NCBI GenBank assembly: GCA_016210125.1
Contig: JACQUS010000499.1
Coordinates: 1-31,920 of the forward strand
DNA length: 31,920 nucleotides
Reading direction: 5' to 3'
DNA from: Chloroflexota bacterium
GTDB taxonomy: Bacteria > Chloroflexota > UBA6077 > FW602-bin22 > JACQUS01
Each line of letters starts with the position of its first letter. Positions within the stretch are counted from its first letter, which is position 1. Made by a program: the position numbers and the translations under genes. The notes below the pieces were generated by a model, which was not told the origin of the DNA, searched no databases, and was given only the letters and a program-made list of their open reading frames with translations. This document shows, in pieces, positions 1 through 8,114 of this stretch.

Positions 1-962
1 CCGGCCAGTGCCGCGCCGACGGCCGCCGCGCCGACCATCTCGGCCTCGGCGCGGTCGACAAGCGACACGTGGGCGCTCGACACCTTGTGCAGCGCGTTCG
101 GGCGGTCATAGCGCGCGCGCAGGCCGAGATCGCGGCGAACGATGCTGCACAGGTAGCCGCTGACGTCGTCGGCATAGGTATGGCCGAAGTCATCGCGGAA
201 CGCGCCGTCCCCTTGGCCAAGGAGCCGGCCCTGCTCGTCGCGCGCGGTCTCCGGGACGACGGCCACGACGTAGCCGTTCCGCCGGCAGGCAGCCTCCACG
301 GCGGCGAGGAAGTCCGCCAGTCGTAGCGGGCGCTCGGGGACGGCGACGACGTGCGGGCCGGCGGACGCGTCGACGCGTCCGAGGGCCGCCGCGGCGGCCA
401 GCCAGCCGCTGTTGCGGCCCTTGACCTCGAACAGGCGCACGGGTTCCACGCGACGCATGGCCCGCGCGTCCTGGTCGAGGTCGCAGAGCGCCGTGGCGAC
501 GAAGCGCGCCGCGCTGCCGTAGCCGGGGCAGTGATCGGTGCATGGCAAGTCGTTGTCGATAGTCTTTGGGACGCCGACGACGGCCAGCTCGTACCCCGCT
601 GCCCGCGCCGCGGCGGCGAGCGCGAGCGCCGTTTCGGCCGTATCGTTGCCGCCGATGAGCAGCAGCGTGTGGGCGTCGTGGCGGCGGAGCGTTGTCAGCG
701 CGCACTCGACCTCCGCGCCGGCAAGTCGATGGCGCGCCGAGCCGAGCGCCGCGGACGGTGTGGCCGCCAGGGCGTCGAGCGTCGCCGCGTCGAGCGCGCT
801 CAGGTCGACGCAAGCGTCCTCGAGCAGCCCGAGGGCGCCGCAGCGCAGGCCGAGCACGCGCGCCACGCCGTGCGCCTTCGCCGCGCGCACGACGCCGACG
901 AGACTGGCGTTGATGACCGGCGTCGCTCCGCCCGACTGCCCGACGACCAGCGCGCCCCTCAC
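1..962 (-). CDS. pfp: PfkA-family 6-phosphofructokinase, probably PPi-dependent (3' end runs off the window)
   Basis: Manual translation from GTG at 962 (GGAGG upstream): MRGALVVGQSGGATPVINASL, LIGGNDTA (Asp in GGxD indicates PPi type), VPKTIDNDL, DHCPGYGSAARF, EVKGRNSGWL. Frame is open to the window edge; not in the ORF track because there is no stop. Confidence 0.88.
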   Translation of the reverse strand, partial: MRGALVVGQSGGATPVINASLVGVVRAAKAHGVARVLGLRCGALGLLEDACVDLSALDAATLDALAATPSAALGSARHRLAGAEVECALTTLRRHDAHTLLLIGGNDTAETALALAAAARAAGYELAVVGVPKTIDNDLPCTDHCPGYGSAARFVATALCDLDQDARAMRRVEPVRLFEVKGRNSGWLAAAAALGRVDASAGPHVVAVPERPLRLADFLAAVEAACRRNGYVVAVVPETARDEQGRLLGQGDGAFRDDFGHTYADDVSGYLCSIVRRDLGLRARYDRPNALHKVSSAHVSLVDRAEAEMVGAAAVGAALA

Positions 963-1095
963 GCTTGCTCCCGTCCTCCGCGCGCGCTGCGCAGCGATCG
1001 GCACCAGCGTAGCACGTCGCTGCCTCGGCGGCTTACGCGATAATAGGCGCGCGATGAGGAAGAAGGAGCGGGGGAAGGCGCGGCAGCCAAGAGGT

Positions 1096-1168
1096 GGGGG
1101 AGGCCCAGAGGGGACTGCGCCTCCTCTGGGAACCCAACTGGGAACCCAACCTTGGAGTGGGGTGGGGC
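1096..1168 (+). repeat. Hairpin + G-tract dispersed repeat, copy A (degenerate, with an internal 12-bp tandem duplication CTGGGAACCCAA x2)
   Basis: GGGGGAGG-CCCAGAGG...CCTCTGGG-...-GGAGTGGGGTGGGGC; aligns with the copies at 14119, 20449 and 24497. Confidence 0.7.
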
Positions 1169-1206
1169 ATCGCCGCCAGGCCGGACCATTCTTCCGGGGG
1201 AGAGTC

Positions 1207-1638
1207 GTGACCGATCTCGCCATCGCGCTTCTGAGCCTACTTGGGCTGGCCATAGCGTCGCTGTTCACGCTGGCGGCCTACGGGCTTGCCACGCAGCGCC
1301 TAGGGCCGATCCTGGCTGTCTGCCGGCTCGACGAGCAGACGTGCCGGCGCATCGTGGACACGCCGCAGGCGCGCGCGCTCGGCTTGCCGAACAGCGTCTA
1401 CGGCCTGGCCTACTACCTCGTGCTCGTCGCCGGGCTGGGTCTGGGCTGGTGGCACCCCGGCAGCACGCTCCTAGGCTCAGCGGTGCTCGTCGCCTGGGCC
1501 ACCGTCGTGCTGGCAGCGTACCTGGCGTACGCGCTGCTCGCGGTGCTGCGCGTGCCGTGTGTGCTCTGTCTGGCCAGCCACACCATCAACCTGGCGCTGG
1601 CGCTGCTGCTCAGCGTGCGCTGGCTGGGCTGGGTCTAA
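1207..1638 (+). CDS. Vitamin K epoxide reductase (VKOR) family membrane protein
   Basis: GTG start at 1207; four hydrophobic segments, loop cysteine pair (VCRLDEQTC), GLPNSVYG and redox CxxC (VPCVLCLASH). Confidence 0.85.
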   Translation: MTDLAIALLSLLGLAIASLFTLAAYGLATQRLGPILAVCRLDEQTCRRIVDTPQARALGLPNSVYGLAYYLVLVAGLGLGWWHPGSTLLGSAVLVAWATVVLAAYLAYALLAVLRVPCVLCLASHTINLALALLLSVRWLGWV

Positions 1639-1841
1639 GTCGGCTGCGGGGGGCCAGGCGGCGCTTTGCCGTCGGCCTGGGGCGGACGCTCGTCGTAGGG
1701 CCAAGGGAACACACGCTGGCAGCGACGGCAGCGCAAGAAGAGCGTGACGCCCGACGCCTCGATACGCATAGAGACGTGCTCGAAGTCACGCCTTAAGCGC
1801 TCCGCGCGCGCGCCGCACAAAGGGCACGCCTTCGGGTGCAC
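1635..1841 (-). CDS. Small (68 aa) putative zinc-ribbon protein
   Basis: GTG start with GGAGG 5 nt upstream; CPLC...CRRC pairs; TATAAT -10 at 1891-1896 on the same strand. Confidence 0.65.
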   Translation of the reverse strand: MHPKACPLCGARAERLRRDFEHVSMRIEASGVTLFLRCRRCQRVFPWPYDERPPQADGKAPPGPPQPT

Positions 1842-1890
1842 GGCTTCCTCCGGGCACAAGCTAGCTTCGGTGGGTGCTGGGCCCGGCTCT

Positions 1891-1920
1891 ATTATACCGA
1901 AGGTCGCGCGAGGCGACCAA
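1891..1920 (-). promoter_or_regulatory. sigma70-type promoter for the zinc-ribbon gene
   Basis: Perfect TATAAT (1891-1896, minus strand); weak -35 TTGGTC 18 nt upstream. Confidence 0.5.
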
Positions 1921-2010
1921 AAGAGTACCCTGCCTCTTGGCTGCCGGAGGCGGCGAGCACGCATGGTAGCATTGGTTTCAGAAGCCCAGAGCATGAACGG
2001 TGGCGGACGG

Positions 2011-2547
2011 ATGACGACGAGCGATGATGCCGAGACACTCTCCTGCATCCGCCATCCCGGCCGCAGCACCGTCCTACGCTGCGGCCGATGCAATGCGCCG
2101 ATCTGCGTCGCGTGTACCGTGCAGACGCCGGTCGGCGCGCGTTGCCCGGCCTGCGCGCAGAGGCGCCGCCTGCCGACCTATGAGGTAAGCCGGCGGCTCT
2201 ACCTGCGCGCCGCCGCGGCCGGCGTGGCCGCGGGTCTTCTCGGCGGAATGGTGATAAGCGGCCTGCTGCGCGGGCTCTTCGCCATCTGGCTTGCCCCGGT
2301 GTTCGGCTGGCTCGTCGGCGAGGTGGTGGCGCGGGCGGCCAACCTACGGCGTGGGCCGGGGCTCCAGGCCATTGCCGCTGCGGCAGTGCTCGTCGGGGCC
2401 GTATTCGGGCCGGCGCTGCCGGCGATCGTCAGCGGCCGGCCGATCGGTGCGGCGCTGCTTCAGGCCGTCCTCGTCGCCGGCGGCGACCTGTGGGTGGGGG
2501 TCTTCGGCCTGCTGGCCGTCTTCTTCGCTGTCCAGCGCGTGCGCTGA
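2011..2547 (+). CDS. B-box-type zinc-finger membrane protein (like the rhomboid-associated N-terminal finger)
   Basis: CIRH-CGRC-CVAC-CPAC followed by about four TM helices; start could also be ATG 1993. Confidence 0.75.
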   Translation: MTTSDDAETLSCIRHPGRSTVLRCGRCNAPICVACTVQTPVGARCPACAQRRRLPTYEVSRRLYLRAAAAGVAAGLLGGMVISGLLRGLFAIWLAPVFGWLVGEVVARAANLRRGPGLQAIAAAAVLVGAVFGPALPAIVSGRPIGAALLQAVLVAGGDLWVGVFGLLAVFFAVQRVR

Positions 2548-5500
2548 CTACGGCGCCCGCTGAGCGGCCGGCGCGTAGACGCGGTTGACGAGCGCGACGG
2601 TGACCTCGTTGACGATCAGTGCGCCGCTGCCTTCGAGCCGAAAGTCGTTGGCCCCCGCCTGGCGGTTGGCGAAGAGCGCGTCTGGCAGCTCCCAGGTGTA
2701 CGACTTCCACGTGCGGCTGCCGGTGAGGTAGACCGTCGCCGTTGCCGACGGCTCCGGCATCGAGCTGGGGCCGCGCGTACTGTCGTAGACCAAGCTGAAC
2801 CACTCGGCCCCCGGCGTCGTTGGGTCGGCGTCGAAATAGCGCACGGTGATGCGCACGCGCGCCGGGCGATTGAACAGGAAGTCGTCGTGCACAGAGAAGA
2901 CCATCGTCGTGCCCCGTGCCCGCCGGCCCGCCTCGCTGCTCCACACGCCGGTCGTGGTCGCACTGCCCTCGATCTCGTCCTGCGAGAGACCCTGCGAGGT
3001 GTTTAGCTCGCCCAGCGTCGTGCTGGCGCGCGCCGCGTTGCGATAGTCGATGCTCTTGAACGCTGTAGCCAGGCGCGCGGTGGCCTCGACGTAGGCGCGG
3101 CCGTGCTCGGCCGACTCGGCGATGGCCGTGCCGTCGGACCAGTGGTTCCAGCTATCGAGCACGGCGAGGTGCACACCCTTGCTCAGCGCGCGCTGCCAGC
3201 CGCGCTCGTAGAACGCGCCGCCCTCGCGGTCGCGCAGGCGGCGGTTCACCGCGGCCCCGTCGTCGAAGCCCGGGCCGAGCGAGACGACACCCGCGGTCAC
3301 GTAGCCGGGCTGTGTCGGCGACGATAGCCCGGGCGTGGCGCGGTACCAGTCGTCGACCACCGAGGCCGGCATGTGCTCCCAGCGCGTGTCGACGATGAGG
3401 TACGGCGGCACGCCGAAGGCCGCGGCGAAGCGCGCGCGCAGGCGCTCGAAAAACGTCTGGTCGTAGCGGGAGACGATGTCCGAGCCGCGGTAGAGCAGCA
3501 GGACGACCGGTCGGCCGCCGAGGGTGAACCAGCGCTCGCGCGGCACCTGCGAGTAGAAGTCCTGGGCCGCCTTGATGAGGAGGCCGACGGTGGTCTGGTC
3601 GGTCAGGTCGAGTGGCGTGCGCGGCTCGCGGAAGACGCGCTCGCCGTACAGCGTCTGTGGGTCGAGCAGCAGGCCGAGGGACGGAGCGCGCTCCATCGAC
3701 TGCGCGGCGGCGACGAGGCTGCGTAGCGCCGGCACGGCCTGCGTGCTGCCGTCGGCGCTGTTGCCGTTGTACCAGATGAGAGCGGCGTCGATCTGCGCCG
3801 CGCGCATGTCGGCGAAGTCCTTGCGCACGACGTCCGCGTCGCGCCAGGAGTAGCTGGGCGCGATGCGTTGCGCGTTGACGCCGGGCGGCCCCATGCTGCT
3901 GCGCTCCCACTGCGCCGGAAAGCGCCCGTCGTAGATCGGGTAGTAGAGCGTGGCGATGGCGCGGTCGCGCACCGGGCCGATGGCCGCCACGTCGGACGGC
4001 GCGTCGTTCGGCGCCAGCCCCGTCCCCGCCGCCCGCCCGACGTAGATGGCGCGGACGTACAGATCGCGGCCCGACGCGACGAGGGCGAAGTCGCTCCCGC
4101 CGGCCATGGCGTTGCTGAAGTAGGCGTCGCTCAGGTAGAACGTGGCCCGGCGCCACTGGTTCCGGTTGCTGCGCGTGATCGTCGCCGCGACGCGGTGGGC
4201 CTCGCTCGTCGAGTCGTACTGGAGGTAGAAGTCGCCGGTGCCATTGTCGAAGTACTCCACGGCGACCAGCACGTCGCGGGCGTTGCCGTTCTTGATGTAC
4301 GTGTCGTTCACGTCGAAGACGATCATGCCCGAAGTGGCCTTGCGCGCCTGCTCGCCGCCGATGGTCTCCGGCGTGGTCGGCGCGGCCGCCTCGTTCTGAT
4401 AGAGGCCGTGGCCGCCCTCATTCGTCTCGGCCAGGCGCGTCCAGACGAACAGCGGCAGCCCGCCACCGGCGCCGGCGGCCGCGAGGCCGGCGCCGCGGTC
4501 GAGGGTGCGCGCCGGCCGGGCGACGGTCACGCTGTCGATGGCCAGCAAGTAGCCGTCGTTGGCCGCCTGGTACTCCGACCCGACCTCCTGGGCGATGCGG
4601 AAGTCGGCCTGCGCGTTGAGCTGTCGGTTGCCGAAGCGCACGTTGGTGAGGTTGAAGGTAGTGGTCTTCCAGGTGCGGCTGTTGGTCAGCCAGACGACAT
4701 TGTTGGTAGCCACGGGCGACGACAGCCCGGCGGCCGGCCAGTGCGCCTGCACCTCGGCGCTGGCGGCCAGCGAGCTGGTCGAGTCGTAGTGCAGGGTGAA
4801 CGTGCCGTAGCCCTGGTCGAAGTACGACACGGTGACGCTCACCTCGCTGACGGTGCCTTCCTTGGCGAAGCTGTCGTCGACGTCGAAGTACGCCCGACCC
4901 TGCGGCGAGACGCGGACGGCTGTCCGGCTGTGGTCGCTGGTCGGCGTGGTCACGCCGTCGCCGCCGCTGCGCAGCGTCAGCCCACTGGCCGTGGCCGGCG
5001 CCTGGAACCCGACGCTGCTTGCTCCGCCGAATGCCGGCGCCGGCGTCTGTGGCGGGGCCGGCGTCGCGCCCTCCACGCGCTGCACCGTGACGCGGCGGAC
5101 CATCAGGCCGGCGCGCTCGTCGACGATACGGAAATCGGCTCCCTGCTGCTGGTTGTCGAAGCGCACCTGGTCGAGCGAGAAGCGTGCAATCTTGAACTGG
5201 TTCGTCCCGCCGATGACGACGCGCTCGGTTGGCGCGTAGCCGCTTGACATGGCGTCGTACTGCACGTAGAAGCTGCGACCGGTCAGTTGCGCCTGATCGT
5301 AGTACTCGACCTCGAGGACGGCGGAGCGGTAGCTGCCGTTGCGGATGTAGTTGTCGTCGACGTCGAAGTACAGGTTGCCGGCGGACGAGGTCTGCACGAC
5401 GGGCATGCCCAGCGCGGCCGAGGTCCTGGGCAGCCCGTCGTCGAAGTGGCGCAGCAGCAGGCCGCCGTTCTGGTCGGGCGCGACGAAGGCCGCTGTTGTC

Positions 5501-6492
5501 CCGCCGGAGATCGGCTGCGGGGTCGAGGTGGTTCGCTGCACCGTGACGCGGCGGACCATCAGGCCGGCGCGCTCGTCGGCGATGCGGAAGTCGGCGCCTA
5601 GCTGCTGGTTATCGAAGCGCACCTGGTCGAGGTAGAAGCGTGCGACCTTGAACTGGCTCGTTCCGGTGATGAAGACGCGCTCTGTCGGCCGGTAGGCGTT
5701 CGATGTGGCGTCGTACTGCACGTAGAAGGTCCAACCCATCAGGTCGGGATGGTCGAAGTACTCCACCTCGAGAATCGCCGTCGGATAGCTGCCGTTGCGG
5801 ATGTAGTTGTCGTCGACGTCGAAGTACAGGTTCCCGGCGGACGAGGTCTGCACGACGGGGATGCCCAGCGCGGCCGAGGTGATGGGCAGCCCGTCGTCGA
5901 AGTGGCGTAGCACCAGGCCGCCGTTCTGGTCAGGCGCGACGAAGGCCGCCGTTGTCCCGCCGGAGATCGGCTGCGGGGTCGAGGTGGCGCGCTGCACCGT
6001 GACGCGGCGGACCATCAGGCCGGCCCGCTCGTCGACGATGCGGAAGTCGGCGCCCATCTGCTGGTTATCGAAGCGCACCTGGTCGAGGTAGAAGCGTGCA
6101 ATCTTGAACTGGTTCGTCCCACCGATCACGACGCGCTCGGTTGGCCAGTACGCATTCGACGTTGAGTCGTACTGCACCCAGAAGCTGCGCCCGGTCAGCA
6201 GCGCGTGGTCGAAGTACTCCACCTCGACCACGGCAGCCGTCGCGCTGCCGTTGCGGATGTATACATCGTCGACGTCGAAGTACAGGTTGCCGGCGGACGA
6301 CGTCTGCACGACGGTGGTACCCAACGCGGCCGAGGTCCTGGGCAGCCCGTCGTCGAAGTGGCGCAGCAGCAGGCCGCCGATCTGGTCGGGCGCCGTGAAC
6401 GTCACCGTCGTATCGGCGTCGGCGTGCGCTGGGAGGAGGCCGAGGAGCAGGAAGGCTAGGATCCACACGCGCGCAACCCGTCTCACCGCCAA
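2548..6492 (-). CDS. Large secreted multidomain protein: signal peptide, repeated beta-rich (CBM-like) modules, GH99/DUF5010-like barrel
   Basis: TTG start, signal peptide (RRVARVWILAFLLLGLLPAHA); three 152-aa near-identical repeats plus three diverged copies (FDVxD..., VEYFD, YDST, F.N.Q.GADFRI); barrel motifs LYYPIY, YSWRDADVVRKDFADM, GPGFDD, DSWNHWSDGTAIAES. Confidence 0.8.
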   Translation of the reverse strand: MAVRRVARVWILAFLLLGLLPAHADADTTVTFTAPDQIGGLLLRHFDDGLPRTSAALGTTVVQTSSAGNLYFDVDDVYIRNGSATAAVVEVEYFDHALLTGRSFWVQYDSTSNAYWPTERVVIGGTNQFKIARFYLDQVRFDNQQMGADFRIVDERAGLMVRRVTVQRATSTPQPISGGTTAAFVAPDQNGGLVLRHFDDGLPITSAALGIPVVQTSSAGNLYFDVDDNYIRNGSYPTAILEVEYFDHPDLMGWTFYVQYDATSNAYRPTERVFITGTSQFKVARFYLDQVRFDNQQLGADFRIADERAGLMVRRVTVQRTTSTPQPISGGTTAAFVAPDQNGGLLLRHFDDGLPRTSAALGMPVVQTSSAGNLYFDVDDNYIRNGSYRSAVLEVEYYDQAQLTGRSFYVQYDAMSSGYAPTERVVIGGTNQFKIARFSLDQVRFDNQQQGADFRIVDERAGLMVRRVTVQRVEGATPAPPQTPAPAFGGASSVGFQAPATASGLTLRSGGDGVTTPTSDHSRTAVRVSPQGRAYFDVDDSFAKEGTVSEVSVTVSYFDQGYGTFTLHYDSTSSLAASAEVQAHWPAAGLSSPVATNNVVWLTNSRTWKTTTFNLTNVRFGNRQLNAQADFRIAQEVGSEYQAANDGYLLAIDSVTVARPARTLDRGAGLAAAGAGGGLPLFVWTRLAETNEGGHGLYQNEAAAPTTPETIGGEQARKATSGMIVFDVNDTYIKNGNARDVLVAVEYFDNGTGDFYLQYDSTSEAHRVAATITRSNRNQWRRATFYLSDAYFSNAMAGGSDFALVASGRDLYVRAIYVGRAAGTGLAPNDAPSDVAAIGPVRDRAIATLYYPIYDGRFPAQWERSSMGPPGVNAQRIAPSYSWRDADVVRKDFADMRAAQIDAALIWYNGNSADGSTQAVPALRSLVAAAQSMERAPSLGLLLDPQTLYGERVFREPRTPLDLTDQTTVGLLIKAAQDFYSQVPRERWFTLGGRPVVLLLYRGSDIVSRYDQTFFERLRARFAAAFGVPPYLIVDTRWEHMPASVVDDWYRATPGLSSPTQPGYVTAGVVSLGPGFDDGAAVNRRLRDREGGAFYERGWQRALSKGVHLAVLDSWNHWSDGTAIAESAEHGRAYVEATARLATAFKSIDYRNAARASTTLGELNTSQGLSQDEIEGSATTTGVWSSEAGRRARGTTMVFSVHDDFLFNRPARVRITVRYFDADPTTPGAEWFSLVYDSTRGPSSMPEPSATATVYLTGSRTWKSYTWELPDALFANRQAGANDFRLEGSGALIVNEVTVALVNRVYAPAAQRAP
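5068..6411 (-). repeat. Intragenic tandem triplication, 456-bp period
   Basis: The anchor GCTGCACCGTGACGCGGCGGACCATCAGGC occurs at 5079, 5535 and 5991. Confidence 0.95.
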
Positions 6493-6623
6493 CCCCCTAC
6501 TCGCTTGGATGCCAGCTTGATGACAGCGTGGCTGCCACCTGTTGACGATGCCGGTGTTGTGTCAGGCTGTCAATGGCAGGCGCATTACGAAACGATGGCG
6601 GCCCGTAGGTCACGTCCTGGTCC

Positions 6624-6652
6624 TTGACGGCAGGCGGGGGAGCAGGTAGATT
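6624..6652 (+). promoter_or_regulatory. sigma70-type promoter of the acyl-CoA dehydrogenase gene
   Basis: TTGACG-N17-TAGATT, about 45 nt upstream of the start. Confidence 0.55.
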
Positions 6653-6696
6653 CGGCGCGGGGACCACCGGAAGTGGGATGGCCGAAAGAGGTGACC

Positions 6697-7845
6697 GTGG
6701 ACTTCGAGCTCGATAGCGAGCACCTCCTCGTCCGCGAGACGGCGCGCCAGTTCGCGCAGCGCGAGCTGGCGCCGCTGGCCGAGCGCATGGACCGCGAGGA
6801 CTGGTTCCCGCCCGAGATCTTCCCCAGGCTGGGCCGGGCCGGCCTGCTGGGCGTGACGGTTCCCCAGGCCTACGGTGGCGCCGCGGCCGATCTGCTGGCC
6901 GGCGTCCTCGTTATCGAGGAGCTGGCCAAGGCCTCGCCGTCCATCGCCCTGTCTTACGCCGCGCACGATAACCTTTGCGCGTATAACATCGCCCGCAACG
7001 GCAGCGAGGAGCAGCGGCGGCGCTACCTGCCGGGGCTCTGCGCCGGCACGAGCATCGGCGGACTGGCGCTGACTGAGCCGAACGCCGGGTCGGACGCCGT
7101 GGGCATCCAAACGCGCGCCGTGCGCAGCGGCGATCACTACGTGCTTAACGGCAGCAAGATGTTCATCACCAACGGCCCGGTGGCCAGCGTGTTCGTGCTC
7201 TACGCTAAGACGGCACCGGAGCGTGGGTCGCACGGCATCAGCGCGTTCCTTGTCGAGCGCGGCTTCCCCGGCTTCCGTGTCGCCCGCGCGCTGGAGAAGT
7301 ACGGCCACCGCGGCTCGCCGACCGGCGAGCTGGTGCTCCAGGACTGTCTCGTGCCTGCGGCGAACATGGTCGGTGCGGAGAACGAGGGCATCGCGGTGAT
7401 GATGTCGGGGCTGGACATCGAGCGGGCCTTCCTGGCCGGCGAGTGCCTCGGCATCGCCGAGGCGGCATTCGACCTGGCGCTGAGCTACGCGCGCCAGCGC
7501 GAGCAGTTCGGCCAGCCCATCGCCAGCTACCAGCTCATCCAGGGCAAGCTGGCCGATATGTATACGCAGATCGAGGCGGCCCGCTGGCTGGCATACCGTA
7601 CCGCCGCGCTGGCGCAGACCGGGCGGCGCGTGCGCAAGGAGGCCGCGGCGGCGATCCTGTTCGCCGCCGAGATGGCCACGCGCGTCGCCGATCATGCGGT
7701 GCAGATCCACGGCGGCTACGGCTACACACTGGACTTCGCGGTCAATCGCTACCTGCGCGACGCCAAGCTGCTGGAGATCGGCGCCGGCACGTCGGAGATC
7801 CGCCGGCTGCTGATCGCGCGCGAGCTGCTGGAGGCCGCAGGCTGA
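6697..7845 (+). CDS. ivd: Acyl-CoA dehydrogenase, isovaleryl-CoA dehydrogenase type
   Basis: LALTEPNAGSDA, NGSKMFITNG, MMSGLDIERAFLAG (IVD-type catalytic Glu), HGGYGY, IGAGTSEIRR; GTG start after GAGG. Confidence 0.8.
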   Translation: MDFELDSEHLLVRETARQFAQRELAPLAERMDREDWFPPEIFPRLGRAGLLGVTVPQAYGGAAADLLAGVLVIEELAKASPSIALSYAAHDNLCAYNIARNGSEEQRRRYLPGLCAGTSIGGLALTEPNAGSDAVGIQTRAVRSGDHYVLNGSKMFITNGPVASVFVLYAKTAPERGSHGISAFLVERGFPGFRVARALEKYGHRGSPTGELVLQDCLVPAANMVGAENEGIAVMMSGLDIERAFLAGECLGIAEAAFDLALSYARQREQFGQPIASYQLIQGKLADMYTQIEAARWLAYRTAALAQTGRRVRKEAAAAILFAAEMATRVADHAVQIHGGYGYTLDFAVNRYLRDAKLLEIGAGTSEIRRLLIARELLEAAG

Positions 7846-7986
7846 TACCGCTTTCGGGTGATGCGCCTCCCGCAAAGAGATGACGACGCTGTGGGGCCAG
7901 GTCTGGGGATCATATGGTGCGCATGCGGCCAGCGAGTGCGCTGCTCTTTGTGGAGAGAGGCGGCGCCGTCGTTGCAGGCTTGAGGA

Positions 7987-8045
7987 GGGGGAGTGCAGGG
8001 GGCGCCTCAGGCGACCTTTGCGAATCTCCTCTGGTGTGGGGGCGG
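7987..8045 (+). repeat. Hairpin + G-tract dispersed repeat, copy B (degenerate)
   Basis: GGGGGAGT-GCAGGGGGCGCCTCAGGCGACCTTTGC-...-GGTGTGGGGGCGG; loop resembles copy C. Confidence 0.5.
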
Positions 8046-8114
8046 AGCACTAGTGTCCGGTCGCCAGCGGAAGAAGGGTGAGCTTCGGCGATCCGGGTGG
8101 TGTGAGGGACTGGG

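Noticed and set aside
7846-7985. Possible riboswitch (CGCAAAG resembles part of c-di-GMP-I)
   Set aside because: The rest of the consensus and the paired stems cannot be found
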